Sequence record: NC_027383.1
From: Escherichia phage YD-2008.s
Direction: 5' to 3' (one strand)
DNA: 44,613 nucleotides
Under the pieces are notes generated by a model, which was not told the origin of the DNA, searched no databases, and saw nothing but the letters and a program-made list of their open reading frames with translations. Shown here piece after piece: positions 35,166 to 42,862 of the stretch. A program made the translations under genes and the position numbers. Positions within the stretch are counted from its first letter, which is position 1. Each line of letters opens with the position of its first letter.

Positions 35166-35435
35166 TCATTTGCTCAGTCTCCAGTGTTTGCCTACCCGCT
35201 CAACGGCGTGCTTCCGGCGGATAGTAATACGTATGCCGATTGGTTGCAAGGACGTTTTTACAGCAAGCCCATGCTCCCTGGCGAACTGGTGCAGATAGCG
35301 AGTCTGCGTTAGTGGCTTCACATCGTCGCGATAGCTCCAGAACACAGAATCGCCCTCAATCGCATTCTGCGCCCATATTCGTATGCAATGCAGTGGAATA
35401 TGCCACGAAAGCTGTTTCGCGCGTCTGCGGTCCAT
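35166..35435 (-). CDS. hypothetical protein (89 aa)
   Basis: Basic small protein in the minus-strand operon. Confidence 0.4.
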   Translation of the reverse strand: MDRRRAKQLSWHIPLHCIRIWAQNAIEGDSVFWSYRDDVKPLTQTRYLHQFAREHGLAVKTSLQPIGIRITIRRKHAVERVGKHWRLSK

Positions 35436-35444
35436 TTTGGCCCC

Positions 35445-35750
35445 TTATTTCGCAAGCTGGGCGAATAGTTCGCGCTGGGCTTTAATCCGGGCGACGTTTG
35501 CCACTGCCGTCTCGCCGATCCCGAAGCGATACGCCAGGCGCTCACGGGAGAATGCCTGCGCGAATGTATGGATGGCCTTACGCAACGGCCTCAGTTCGTC
35601 CATGCTGGCGCCCATACCGTAAAGCGCGCTGCGGAGTGATTGATGCGCCAGTATCGCGACCTGAAGCGCCGAGTCTACGTTGCCGTTTAGTGCCTTCGCT
35701 TCGTCCAGCTTTGCCACGGCCAGGGAGTAATTCCAGATAATCGCTTTCAT
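35445..35750 (-). CDS. hypothetical protein (101 aa)
   Basis: First gene downstream of a minus-strand promoter; helical, Ala-rich. Confidence 0.45.
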   Translation of the reverse strand: MKAIIWNYSLAVAKLDEAKALNGNVDSALQVAILAHQSLRSALYGMGASMDELRPLRKAIHTFAQAFSRERLAYRFGIGETAVANVARIKAQRELFAQLAK

Positions 35751-35778
35751 TGTTCAGTCCTCTTGTTGGTGTGCAACC

Positions 35779-35807
35779 AATATAGCTGGGTGCGGGCACG
35801 AATGCAA
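35779..35807 (-). promoter_or_regulatory. sigma70-like promoter TTGCAT-N17-TATATT (minus strand) with two GCAACCAATAT boxes
   Basis: -35 = complement of 35802-35807, -10 = complement of 35779-35784; boxes overlap both hexamers. Confidence 0.5.
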
Positions 35808-35961
35808 CCAATATTAATCACGCGCATGAAAAAGTCGATCGCTATCCGTTGCAACTGCAAACTGCATTTCCCGCCCGCCATTCTGCACCTCGCATTGGTT
35901 GCCTAGTTCATCGACGACCGCAATCCGCAACATGCTGCCGTGTATTTTGCAGTCCTGGATT

Positions 35962-36135
35962 TTATGCAGTCTCAGACGAGGGGGTGACAGACCCCCCGTC
36001 TAGTCTGAAAGACTGGGGTGCTGTCCCGCTGTCCCGCTCCTCGCCAGGCCGCGTCATCCGGGGCGGGACAGGGGTGCTGTCCCGCTTTGTCCCGCCTCCT
36101 GTTTGTCCCGCTTTTTGTCCCGCTTACTTTATGCA
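35962..36135. repeat. iteron-rich structured noncoding element B (homologue of 19307..19480)
   Basis: Same hairpin stem AGACGAGGGGG/CCCCCGTCT with a different loop; GGGACAGGGGTGCTGTCCCGCTTTGTCCCGCC shared block; about 7 GTCCCGC copies; bounded by TTATGCAG on both sides; AT-rich stretch follows. Confidence 0.6.
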
Positions 36136-36229
36136 GTTTTATTGCATAACTATTCATTATATTTACATTACACGGCAACCAATGCGACTAACTAAAAACA
36201 CGCAAAACGGCAACCAATGCGCGCAAAAT

Positions 36230-38500
36230 TTAATCTTTCAGGTCATCATCGGTCGCCGAAAGCGTAATGGGGATACCCGATTTGATAACTAAATTCGACG
36301 ACCCATAGATGGCCCCGGTGTGCGGATCTGTATAGAAACCAATCACGCCGCGCTCTACCATATCGTCAATTGCCTTCGTCGATGTGCCACCTTTCGCGAG
36401 TCCCGCCTGGCGGACGATTGCCGATTTGCTGAATCCGGTATGGTCCGGGTTATCTTCCATCAGCTTCTCCAGTGCTGCATAAAGCACTTTCTCTTTTTCG
36501 GTGCGCGGTCCGGCGGTGTTCTCTTCCTTAACTGCGGCTTTTCCTGCGGCCTTCGCCTGTTCTATAGCGAACGGTGCCAGGGCGACCGGTACGAGGTATA
36601 AAGTCTCGTCGCGCGGGGTGGACGCAATTGGTTTGACGTCCCAACCGGCAACTACGTCTCCGAAGTCCGGACCGGTGCTGGTGGACTGGTGCGACGCGAA
36701 CGCTTCTGACTTGCGGAGATCTATCGCCACCTTGCACTTGAGCAGGACGAAGCCACGCGGCGCTTGCTTGATGCCGTTACGTGATTTTTCGTGGTACAGG
36801 TTAAGTTGTCCCGGCTGGTTGTCGTCCGGCTGTTCCAGGAAGAAAGCGGAATCGACAGCGCCATGAAGCGCACCGGACCCGCGCGGGGATCTGCTGCCGT
36901 TTGCACCCTTCGCCGGGTGGTGGATGACGCCCGCACTGCCACCTGTATTTTCCGCAATGGCTTTCAGCGCTTTGACCACTTCACCCATATCGCTGGCGTT
37001 GTTCTCGTCAAACGGTTTAGCCTCGGCGGACCGCAGCGCAACAGTCTGGTTGAGTGAGTCGAACGCCACCAGGCCAACCGGTTCGCCGTTAGCGGTGCGG
37101 TTGATAAAGCTGATAACTTCGCGCAAGCCTGATTTGCTGGTGATATCCCAGCCGCGTGACTGCAGGTCTATAATGTGCAGCTTGTCCAGGTCGTGCTCAT
37201 ATTTAATCTGCAATGCTTCTTTACGCTGGTTGGAGGCTTCGCCACCTTCCGCGTCGAAATAGAAGCAATGAGACTGGACGACCTTCGCACCGCCGAACGG
37301 AATACCCGCGGCAACCGCACCCATCTGCCCCAGCACATAGAATGACTTGCCTATGTTCGACTCACCCGCCATGTACCAGGTCGATTTGAAGTTAATCAGA
37401 CCTTCGATGATCGGGTCGTGCTTACTGAATAGTGCGACCGGCTCGTTATCCAGGTCCGCATCGGTGCACACGCCGTATTCTTCGCCGTCTCCAACCGCAT
37501 CAACAATATGCTCATATAAGGATTCGACTTCCTCGTCGTCCAGCCCTGGAAGGATGGCGGCGATTTGCTTACGGGACATATTGTGTGGCTCGACGTTCAG
37601 GTGGTCCGGGATCCCGATAAGACGTAGCGCCAGGTGCTGGTGTCTATTCAGTTCCGAGCAACACTCGTTGCCGGTGTGCATACACTTGAAACGGATCTCG
37701 CCATCCTTAACCATGATAGCCGTCGACCCTTCGCCGCTGTGCAGATGTTCGTTCGGGCACGGCACTTCATAACCGCGACCGGAAGATAACTCCTCGAATC
37801 CTGCCTGGAAGCACCAGTCCAGAATACCGTCTGCCACTGCGTCGTCGCCCTGGGTAAGCTCGCGGCGTACTTCCTCTTTTTCCACCCCCAGCTTATCCGC
37901 CAGGCGGAGCAGACGCCGCACATTGGCACGTTTGCCGTAGTGGCACTTAATAACTGACTGCTGGTGTGGCAGGTACATCAGGCGGTTTGTGTCTTTCGTG
38001 CAATCGTCGAAGTCCACATCTGACAGACCAAGTTGGTGTAATAGCGCATACTGGACACGGCCCAGGTCTTCAGCCGGGACAGGCTTGTCAGTGAGTACCA
38101 GGAATCGAGCGCAACGCGTGCCGCCTTTCAGTGGGTGACGGTCGCCGGTGGTTGTGTGAAAAACGTGTTCAAGACCCGCGTCGATGAAAGCCTTACGGCA
38201 GCGGCGCAAGGTGCGAGTGTCGGTGCGGTCGATATCGAAGAACAGGATCGAGCGGTCCACCGCACTGGTCTTGCGGCGAAGGCCGTCACTGGTATATGCC
38301 ACGATGCCATCGGCCTTACGCTTGCGGCGCGCATACTCGGCTTTATCTTCCGTCTTATTGATATGCACCGAGGAGATTTCTTTCGCATCTTTGATAAATT
38401 CGAAAAATTCATCGGTGGTCATCTGGAAGTTTTCCGCCCTGGCTTTTTCGCCTTTTTTAGCGGGTCTTGTTACGGCGAATTTAATTAAACTCATGGTCAT
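36230..38500 (-). CDS. DNA primase/helicase (primase domain + P-loop NTPase)
   Basis: 756 aa; Walker A AGESNIGKS and Walker B-like VGLVAFDS in the central region; size and layout of phage primase-helicases. Confidence 0.75.
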   Translation of the reverse strand: MTMSLIKFAVTRPAKKGEKARAENFQMTTDEFFEFIKDAKEISSVHINKTEDKAEYARRKRKADGIVAYTSDGLRRKTSAVDRSILFFDIDRTDTRTLRRCRKAFIDAGLEHVFHTTTGDRHPLKGGTRCARFLVLTDKPVPAEDLGRVQYALLHQLGLSDVDFDDCTKDTNRLMYLPHQQSVIKCHYGKRANVRRLLRLADKLGVEKEEVRRELTQGDDAVADGILDWCFQAGFEELSSGRGYEVPCPNEHLHSGEGSTAIMVKDGEIRFKCMHTGNECCSELNRHQHLALRLIGIPDHLNVEPHNMSRKQIAAILPGLDDEEVESLYEHIVDAVGDGEEYGVCTDADLDNEPVALFSKHDPIIEGLINFKSTWYMAGESNIGKSFYVLGQMGAVAAGIPFGGAKVVQSHCFYFDAEGGEASNQRKEALQIKYEHDLDKLHIIDLQSRGWDITSKSGLREVISFINRTANGEPVGLVAFDSLNQTVALRSAEAKPFDENNASDMGEVVKALKAIAENTGGSAGVIHHPAKGANGSRSPRGSGALHGAVDSAFFLEQPDDNQPGQLNLYHEKSRNGIKQAPRGFVLLKCKVAIDLRKSEAFASHQSTSTGPDFGDVVAGWDVKPIASTPRDETLYLVPVALAPFAIEQAKAAGKAAVKEENTAGPRTEKEKVLYAALEKLMEDNPDHTGFSKSAIVRQAGLAKGGTSTKAIDDMVERGVIGFYTDPHTGAIYGSSNLVIKSGIPITLSATDDDLKD

Positions 38501-38504
38501 AGCC

Positions 38505-38834
38505 TTATTTGGAAGTTTTATTATTGCGTACCCAGGAGCGCACAGTGCTCTGGTTGATTCCGGTTAGCTCGGCGATCATAGCCCAGGATTTACCTTCCTC
38601 ACGTAGACGGATAACCTGCTTTTTGTATTCTTCCATTTCTTCATTGTGCTTTTGCAGCTTGCTGGCTGCCGTACCGTTGAGTAATTCCAGCTTCGCGCGC
38701 AATTCTTTTTCGGTGAGTCGTAGGCGTTCGATTTCAAATAGCACCGCCCCCACGGCATCGGTATACGCCCAGGACCGGCTTGTTTCACTGCAAACAGTCT
38801 TAGTTAACATTTCGATTGCGTCGTTGATATTCAT
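38505..38834 (-). CDS. HTH DNA-binding protein, candidate transcriptional regulator
   Basis: 109 aa; C-terminal HTH SWAMIAELTGINQSTVRSWVRN; coiled-coil middle; first gene after the divergent promoter region. Confidence 0.5.
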   Translation of the reverse strand: MNINDAIEMLTKTVCSETSRSWAYTDAVGAVLFEIERLRLTEKELRAKLELLNGTAASKLQKHNEEMEEYKKQVIRLREEGKSWAMIAELTGINQSTVRSWVRNNKTSK

Positions 38835-38864
38835 TTTTCTGTCCCCGGTTGGTTAATGACCAAC

Positions 38865-38894
38865 GAAACTACACCTAAAACCGCAGGGTGTCAA
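38865..38894 (-). promoter_or_regulatory. candidate minus-strand promoter TTGACA-N17/18-TAGTTT
   Basis: Perfect -35 TTGACA (complement of 38889-38894), weaker -10; upstream of the HTH gene. Confidence 0.35.
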
Positions 38895-38965
38895 CTCCTT
38901 TGGGATATTGAAACGGGCGCGCACGCGTGTAATAATAATCCCCGTCTCATTGTCTCTTATTGGTT

Positions 38966-39003
38966 AGCGCCGTCGCATTTTGCCTCGGCGCTTTTTTTTT
39001 TTT
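38966..39003 (+). terminator. GC hairpin followed by a T12 tract (terminator-like, or UP element of the next promoter)
   Basis: GCGCCGTCGC atttt GCCTCGGCGC then 12 consecutive T (38992-39003). Confidence 0.35.
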
Positions 39004-39014
39004 GAAATTAGTTG

Positions 39015-39043
39015 TTGACTCCCTTCTGCAACCAATCTAATAT
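39015..39043 (+). promoter_or_regulatory. sigma70-like early promoter TTGACT-N17-TAATAT with GCAACCAAT box in the spacer
   Basis: -35 39015-39020, -10 39038-39043; GGAGAT RBS and ATG 39104 downstream. Confidence 0.5.
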
Positions 39044-39103
39044 TCACTCCGTCGACAGGGCATACCGCCCGGACACCTAAACTTAACCAATCGGAGATAC
39101 ACC

Positions 39104-39616
39104 ATGTTTGAACAAATCGTAAACCTGATTACTCGCGGCGTAGTAGCACTGGAAACCATCGCTAAGCATTATGAAACCGTCGGCGCTGCCGTTGGTAAGC
39201 AGGAAGACAAGAAGCCGTCTAAGGCCAAAAAAGAAGTCGTAGAAGATGACGACGCTGAAGACGAAGCACCGGCGAAAACCAAAAAAGCACCGGCTAAAGG
39301 TAAGGCCAAAAAAGAAGTCGTAGAAGATGACGACGATGAAGAAGCCGAAGACGAAAAACCGGCGAAAACCAAAAAAGCTCCGGCGAAAGGCAAAGGCAAG
39401 AAAGATGCCGACCCGCTGGCAGAGATGCGCGACGAAATCAAACAGTATGCCGCGATTATCGCCGGTGGTGATGACGACGATGCCAACGACGAATTTGACG
39501 ACCTGCTGGAAGCGTTCGAGATCAAATCGATCGCAAAACTGGAAGATGACGACGTAGAAGACTTCCACAAAGATCTGAAAGAAATTGTAGAAACCTATTT
39601 CGAACTGGAAGACTAA
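39104..39616 (+). CDS. acidic/basic repeat protein (170 aa), first early gene
   Basis: Two ~27-aa tandem repeats KKEVVEDDD...PAKTKKAPAKGK; D/E-rich C-terminal half; followed by a terminator. Confidence 0.55.
   Translation: MFEQIVNLITRGVVALETIAKHYETVGAAVGKQEDKKPSKAKKEVVEDDDAEDEAPAKTKKAPAKGKAKKEVVEDDDDEEAEDEKPAKTKKAPAKGKGKKDADPLAEMRDEIKQYAAIIAGGDDDDANDEFDDLLEAFEIKSIAKLEDDDVEDFHKDLKEIVETYFELED
39222..39390. repeat. ~81-bp tandem coding repeat (2 copies) within the acidic protein gene
   Basis: GGCCAAAAAAGAAGTCGTAGAAGATGACGAC...CCGGCGAAAACCAAAAAAGC repeated. Confidence 0.55.
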
Positions 39617-39624
39617 TATTATCC

Positions 39625-39651
39625 GGCCCGCAGATTAGCGGGCCTATTTTT
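39625..39651 (+). terminator. intrinsic terminator
   Basis: GGCCCGC agatta GCGGGCC followed by TATTTTT. Confidence 0.6.
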
Positions 39652-39664
39652 AGAGGACGAGACA

Positions 39665-39916
39665 ATGGCACGCTTCACGCTAATCGAGGCGGTGGATTCC
39701 CGCGACCAGCGCCCGTACTATTGGCTATTCGAACGCATCGGCAGCTTTCAATCCCGCGTTGCCGTAATAGATAAACGCCGTAACACCCCCGCGCAAATTA
39801 AGCGCACCACCTTTACTAACCCCGACTTTTATATTTGGGCGGACTCCAATCTGGAATATGTTCGCTTTGCAGTTGCATCCGAAGCAAGAACGATTGACCG
39901 CTGGGAGACGAAATAA
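39665..39916 (+). CDS. hypothetical protein (83 aa)
   Basis: ORF with TAATG coupling to the next ORF. Confidence 0.45.
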   Translation: MARFTLIEAVDSRDQRPYYWLFERIGSFQSRVAVIDKRRNTPAQIKRTTFTNPDFYIWADSNLEYVRFAVASEARTIDRWETK

Positions 39917-40095
39917 TGAAATTTTTCGTGCTGGCAACATGCCACGAATTAGACGACCATTGCTCTTTTATTGTTGAAAACACTAATGCAAGCAATTGCT
40001 TTGTGGACGCACAAAACGAAGTTAAGCGCCGCGTCGAAAAAGCGGGCTTGGCGAATGTGAAATATGTAATTGTCCAGTTTACACGGGTGGAATAA
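39916..40095 (+). CDS. possible small protein (59 aa)
   Basis: ATG 39916 overlaps the upstream stop; its stop overlaps the exonuclease start; below track cutoff. Confidence 0.3.
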   Translation: MKFFVLATCHELDDHCSFIVENTNASNCFVDAQNEVKRRVEKAGLANVKYVIVQFTRVE

Positions 40096-41525
40096 TGGCG
40101 ATTAAACCAAAACGTAAAACGCAATCCGGTAGCAACACGGAACACTCATTACTCGGCCCATCCGGTGCTAAAAAATGGATGGGGTGTCCTGCCGCCCTGG
40201 TGGTGGAAAAAGATATCCCGAACGAATCCGGGCAAGCCGCGATTAACGGTACGAGTATGCACACCGTATCTGAAGTGGTGCTAAACCGCATTATCGCCGG
40301 TGAGAAGCTGATTACCGCGAAGACATATAAAGGGTGCTACGTCGAGAACGAAGGCAAGGGGCCGGTAAAGGCCCACCCGAAAGCACAGAAAGGCGGCGTA
40401 CTGGTCAACGACGATATGGTGAAGCAGTGCGATGCGTACATCGACCACTGGCGTCCGCTCCTTGAAGTGGCGGAGTTTGTCCAGCTTGAGATGCGCGCCG
40501 ATCTGACCCGCGTCCTTCACCCAGGCTTCGAGATCGACGGCAACCGGGTTAAGACGTTCGGTACCGCCGATATGGTCATGGTCATGAAGAAGACCGACGG
40601 CACGTACATGCTGATTGTTGGCGACCTGAAGACGGGACGACATAAGGTCGAGGCGAAAGAAAATAAACAGCTTATGCTGTATGCGCTCGGCCTGCTGCGC
40701 AAGCTGCAAACTATGTACGACATTACGACCGTTCGCCTGGTTATCTTCCAGCCGTATTGCGGCGGGGCGTCGGAGTGGGATATTTCGGTAGAAGCGCTGG
40801 AGATATTCGCGAAGTTTGCATCCAAGCGCGCTATTGCCGCACTGGAGGCGTATTCCCGAGGCAAGAAGGGACTCACCCGCGCTGACTTCCGGCCCAGCGT
40901 CGATGCGTGCCAGTGGTGCAGATTTGCGGACCAGTGCAGCATCCGGGCGAAGGCCGCAATCGACACGATGACACCACCAACGGCAACCGACGAAGACCTG
41001 GGCGACGACGTGAGTATCGCTACCGAGGAAGAATGCGCCAACCACGATCGCAATATGGCCCGCGAAGCCCGGAAGGCTGCTCGACGTGCTAAACGAGGCA
41101 AGAAGGAATCCACACCAGGCGCTATGAGCGCTGCGGAACTGCGCAAGGCTTATGAAGGCCTGGACGCAATGCGCCAGCACATCAAGGCTATCGAGTCCGC
41201 GGTATTCAAGGCGGTCATGGCGGGCGATGGCGAATCGCTGGGCCTCAAGATGGTTGCCGGTAAGGAAGGGATCCGGAAGTGGGCGGACGAGAGCGAAGTG
41301 ATTGAAATATTCACGAAGGCCCGGATTAAGCGCGATGTGATGTACAAAGAAACATTGCTCAGCCCGACAGATGCCGAGAAGGTACTGAAGGACGAAAAAC
41401 CGAAAGTGTGGGCAAAGCTGTGTGCTAAAATCACACGCGCACCCGCTAAACCGGTGTTAGCACCAATCGACGACCCGCGCCCTGCGTGGTCGGAGGCCAC
41501 TGACGAGGACTTAAGCAATGAATAA
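40095..41525 (+). CDS. PD-(D/E)xK exonuclease, Cas4/RecB-like with C-terminal Cys cluster
   Basis: 476 aa; ...GTADMVMVM...IVGDLKTGRHK... nuclease core; Cys cluster CQWCRFADQC; long charged C-terminal extension. Confidence 0.65.
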   Translation: MAIKPKRKTQSGSNTEHSLLGPSGAKKWMGCPAALVVEKDIPNESGQAAINGTSMHTVSEVVLNRIIAGEKLITAKTYKGCYVENEGKGPVKAHPKAQKGGVLVNDDMVKQCDAYIDHWRPLLEVAEFVQLEMRADLTRVLHPGFEIDGNRVKTFGTADMVMVMKKTDGTYMLIVGDLKTGRHKVEAKENKQLMLYALGLLRKLQTMYDITTVRLVIFQPYCGGASEWDISVEALEIFAKFASKRAIAALEAYSRGKKGLTRADFRPSVDACQWCRFADQCSIRAKAAIDTMTPPTATDEDLGDDVSIATEEECANHDRNMAREARKAARRAKRGKKESTPGAMSAAELRKAYEGLDAMRQHIKAIESAVFKAVMAGDGESLGLKMVAGKEGIRKWADESEVIEIFTKARIKRDVMYKETLLSPTDAEKVLKDEKPKVWAKLCAKITRAPAKPVLAPIDDPRPAWSEATDEDLSNE

Positions 41526-41760
41526 AGTATTCGCAATCTTATTGATGTTTTTGCTAGGCGCACTGGGCTTTATCCTGCATTGCGTGCAAGGCGTGTTAAT
41601 GGTGGCCTGGATGATTCGCCATCCGACCCGCTGGCTGGACGACGGCTATAGAGAAGCTGCCGTCGATTGGGTGGAAAAGAACATCGAACGCCCGCCGTTA
41701 AGCTGGATCGAGAACGCCGTCAACTACGTGACCAGAAATATTTTTAATAAAAGTGCTTGA
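41518..41760 (+). CDS. small membrane protein (80 aa)
   Basis: N-terminal hydrophobic helices AILLMFLLGALGFILHCVQGVLMVAWMI. Confidence 0.45.
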   Translation: MNKVFAILLMFLLGALGFILHCVQGVLMVAWMIRHPTRWLDDGYREAAVDWVEKNIERPPLSWIENAVNYVTRNIFNKSA

Positions 41761-41785
41761 CCGCTTAGGCGCAACCAAGTAAATT
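41757..41785 (+). promoter_or_regulatory. sigma70-like promoter TTGACC-N17-TAAATT with two GCAACCAAG boxes
   Basis: -35 41757-41762, -10 41780-41785; GAGGAA RBS and ATG 41851 downstream. Confidence 0.45.
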
Positions 41786-41850
41786 GGCAACCAAGCCGAA
41801 CGGGGTGGCTCACAATAACCCCGATACATGTGAAAATGAGGAATTGGAAA

Positions 41851-42633
41851 ATGGCTAAAGTCAACCTGAAAAATGTGCGCGTATGTTTCCTTAATATTTG
41901 GGAACGTGATACCCCTAAACAGGCTGGACAAAAACCGGCATACCGCGCCGTGATTCTTCTGGATAAAGAAGATCCGCAGGTGGATAAAGTGGAAGCGGCA
42001 GCGCGCGCAGCGCTCACCGTCAAGCTGAAATCCGAGAAGAATGCCGATAAGTGGATGGACCGCCACTACGCCCAGGATTCTAAGGAATGCGCAGTCCGCG
42101 ACGGTGACGAGCGTGACGAAGTAACCGAAGAATTTGAAGGCATGTTGTACATCAACGCCAAATCGTTCAAACAGCCGAACATTCAAACGTCACTCGGCGA
42201 GAAGCAGACGGAACAAGGTCTGACTGTAGAAGGCGACGAGATCGAAGGCCAGGAGATCTACTCCGGTTGCTATTGCAATGTGTCCCTGGATATTTGGGCG
42301 TGGAACAATACCAACGGCAAGGGACTCGGTGCTGGCCTTTTGGGTCTGCGCTTCCGTGATGACGGCGAAGCCTTCGGCGGTGGCGGTTCTTCTTGCTCCG
42401 ACGAAGACCTGGGCGACGATGACGAAGATGAACGCCCGCGCAAGTCCAAAAAGTCAAAACGTCGTGATGACGATGACGAAGACGACAAGCCGCGCAAGTC
42501 CAAAAAGTCCAAGCGCCGCGATGACGATGATGATGACGAAGACGAGAAACCTCGTAAACGTCGTAAGCCACGCGATGACGAAGATGAGGACGACGACGAA
42601 GACGAAGCGCCACGTAAACGTCGCCGCCGTTAA
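41851..42633 (+). CDS. putative single-stranded DNA-binding protein with repeated acidic/basic C-terminal tail
   Basis: Start at ATG 41851 with GAGGAA RBS (track start 41830 rejected); N-terminus MAKVNLKNVRVCFLNIWE... resembles phage SSB-like proteins paired with Cas4-like exonucleases; C-terminal tail has four repeats of (D/E)n-PRK(S/R)KK. Confidence 0.5.
   Translation: MAKVNLKNVRVCFLNIWERDTPKQAGQKPAYRAVILLDKEDPQVDKVEAAARAALTVKLKSEKNADKWMDRHYAQDSKECAVRDGDERDEVTEEFEGMLYINAKSFKQPNIQTSLGEKQTEQGLTVEGDEIEGQEIYSGCYCNVSLDIWAWNNTNGKGLGAGLLGLRFRDDGEAFGGGGSSCSDEDLGDDDEDERPRKSKKSKRRDDDDEDDKPRKSKKSKRRDDDDDDEDEKPRKRRKPRDDEDEDDDEDEAPRKRRRR
42412..42630. repeat. ~54-bp tandem coding repeats (4 copies) in the SSB-like gene 3' end
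   Basis: GATGACGA(T/A)GA...CCGCGCAAGTCCAAAAAGTC...CG(T/C)CG(T/C) repeated. Confidence 0.55.
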
Positions 42634-42652
42634 GGGCAAAGCCCACTATTCA

Positions 42653-42676
42653 AGCCCGCTTAATGCGGGCTTTTTA
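42653..42676 (+). terminator. intrinsic terminator
   Basis: AGCCCGC ttaat GCGGGCT followed by TTTTT. Confidence 0.6.
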
Positions 42677-42691
42677 ATAGGACAATGAAAA

Positions 42692-42862
42692 ATGCGCATT
42701 AAAGCCAGCGAAGTAAAAGTCGGAATGCAGGTATGGTCTAAACTGCTGGGCGAGTATTTCACCGTTGCCGAGATTCGCAACAACGGCGAGGAGATAACCC
42801 TTTCCGACGGTATCTTCTCCATGATCGGCAGCGCCGACGCCGTAGTGAGGATTAAGCAATGA
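42692..42862 (+). CDS. possible small protein (56 aa) upstream of the polymerase
   Basis: ATG 42692; stop TGA overlaps the polymerase ATG; below track cutoff. Confidence 0.3.
   Translation: MRIKASEVKVGMQVWSKLLGEYFTVAEIRNNGEEITLSDGIFSMIGSADAVVRIKQ

Noticed and set aside
40281-41180. 299-aa minus-strand ORF and nested 209-aa ORF
   Set aside because: Antisense to the exonuclease gene; Ala/Arg/Ser-rich low-complexity translation.
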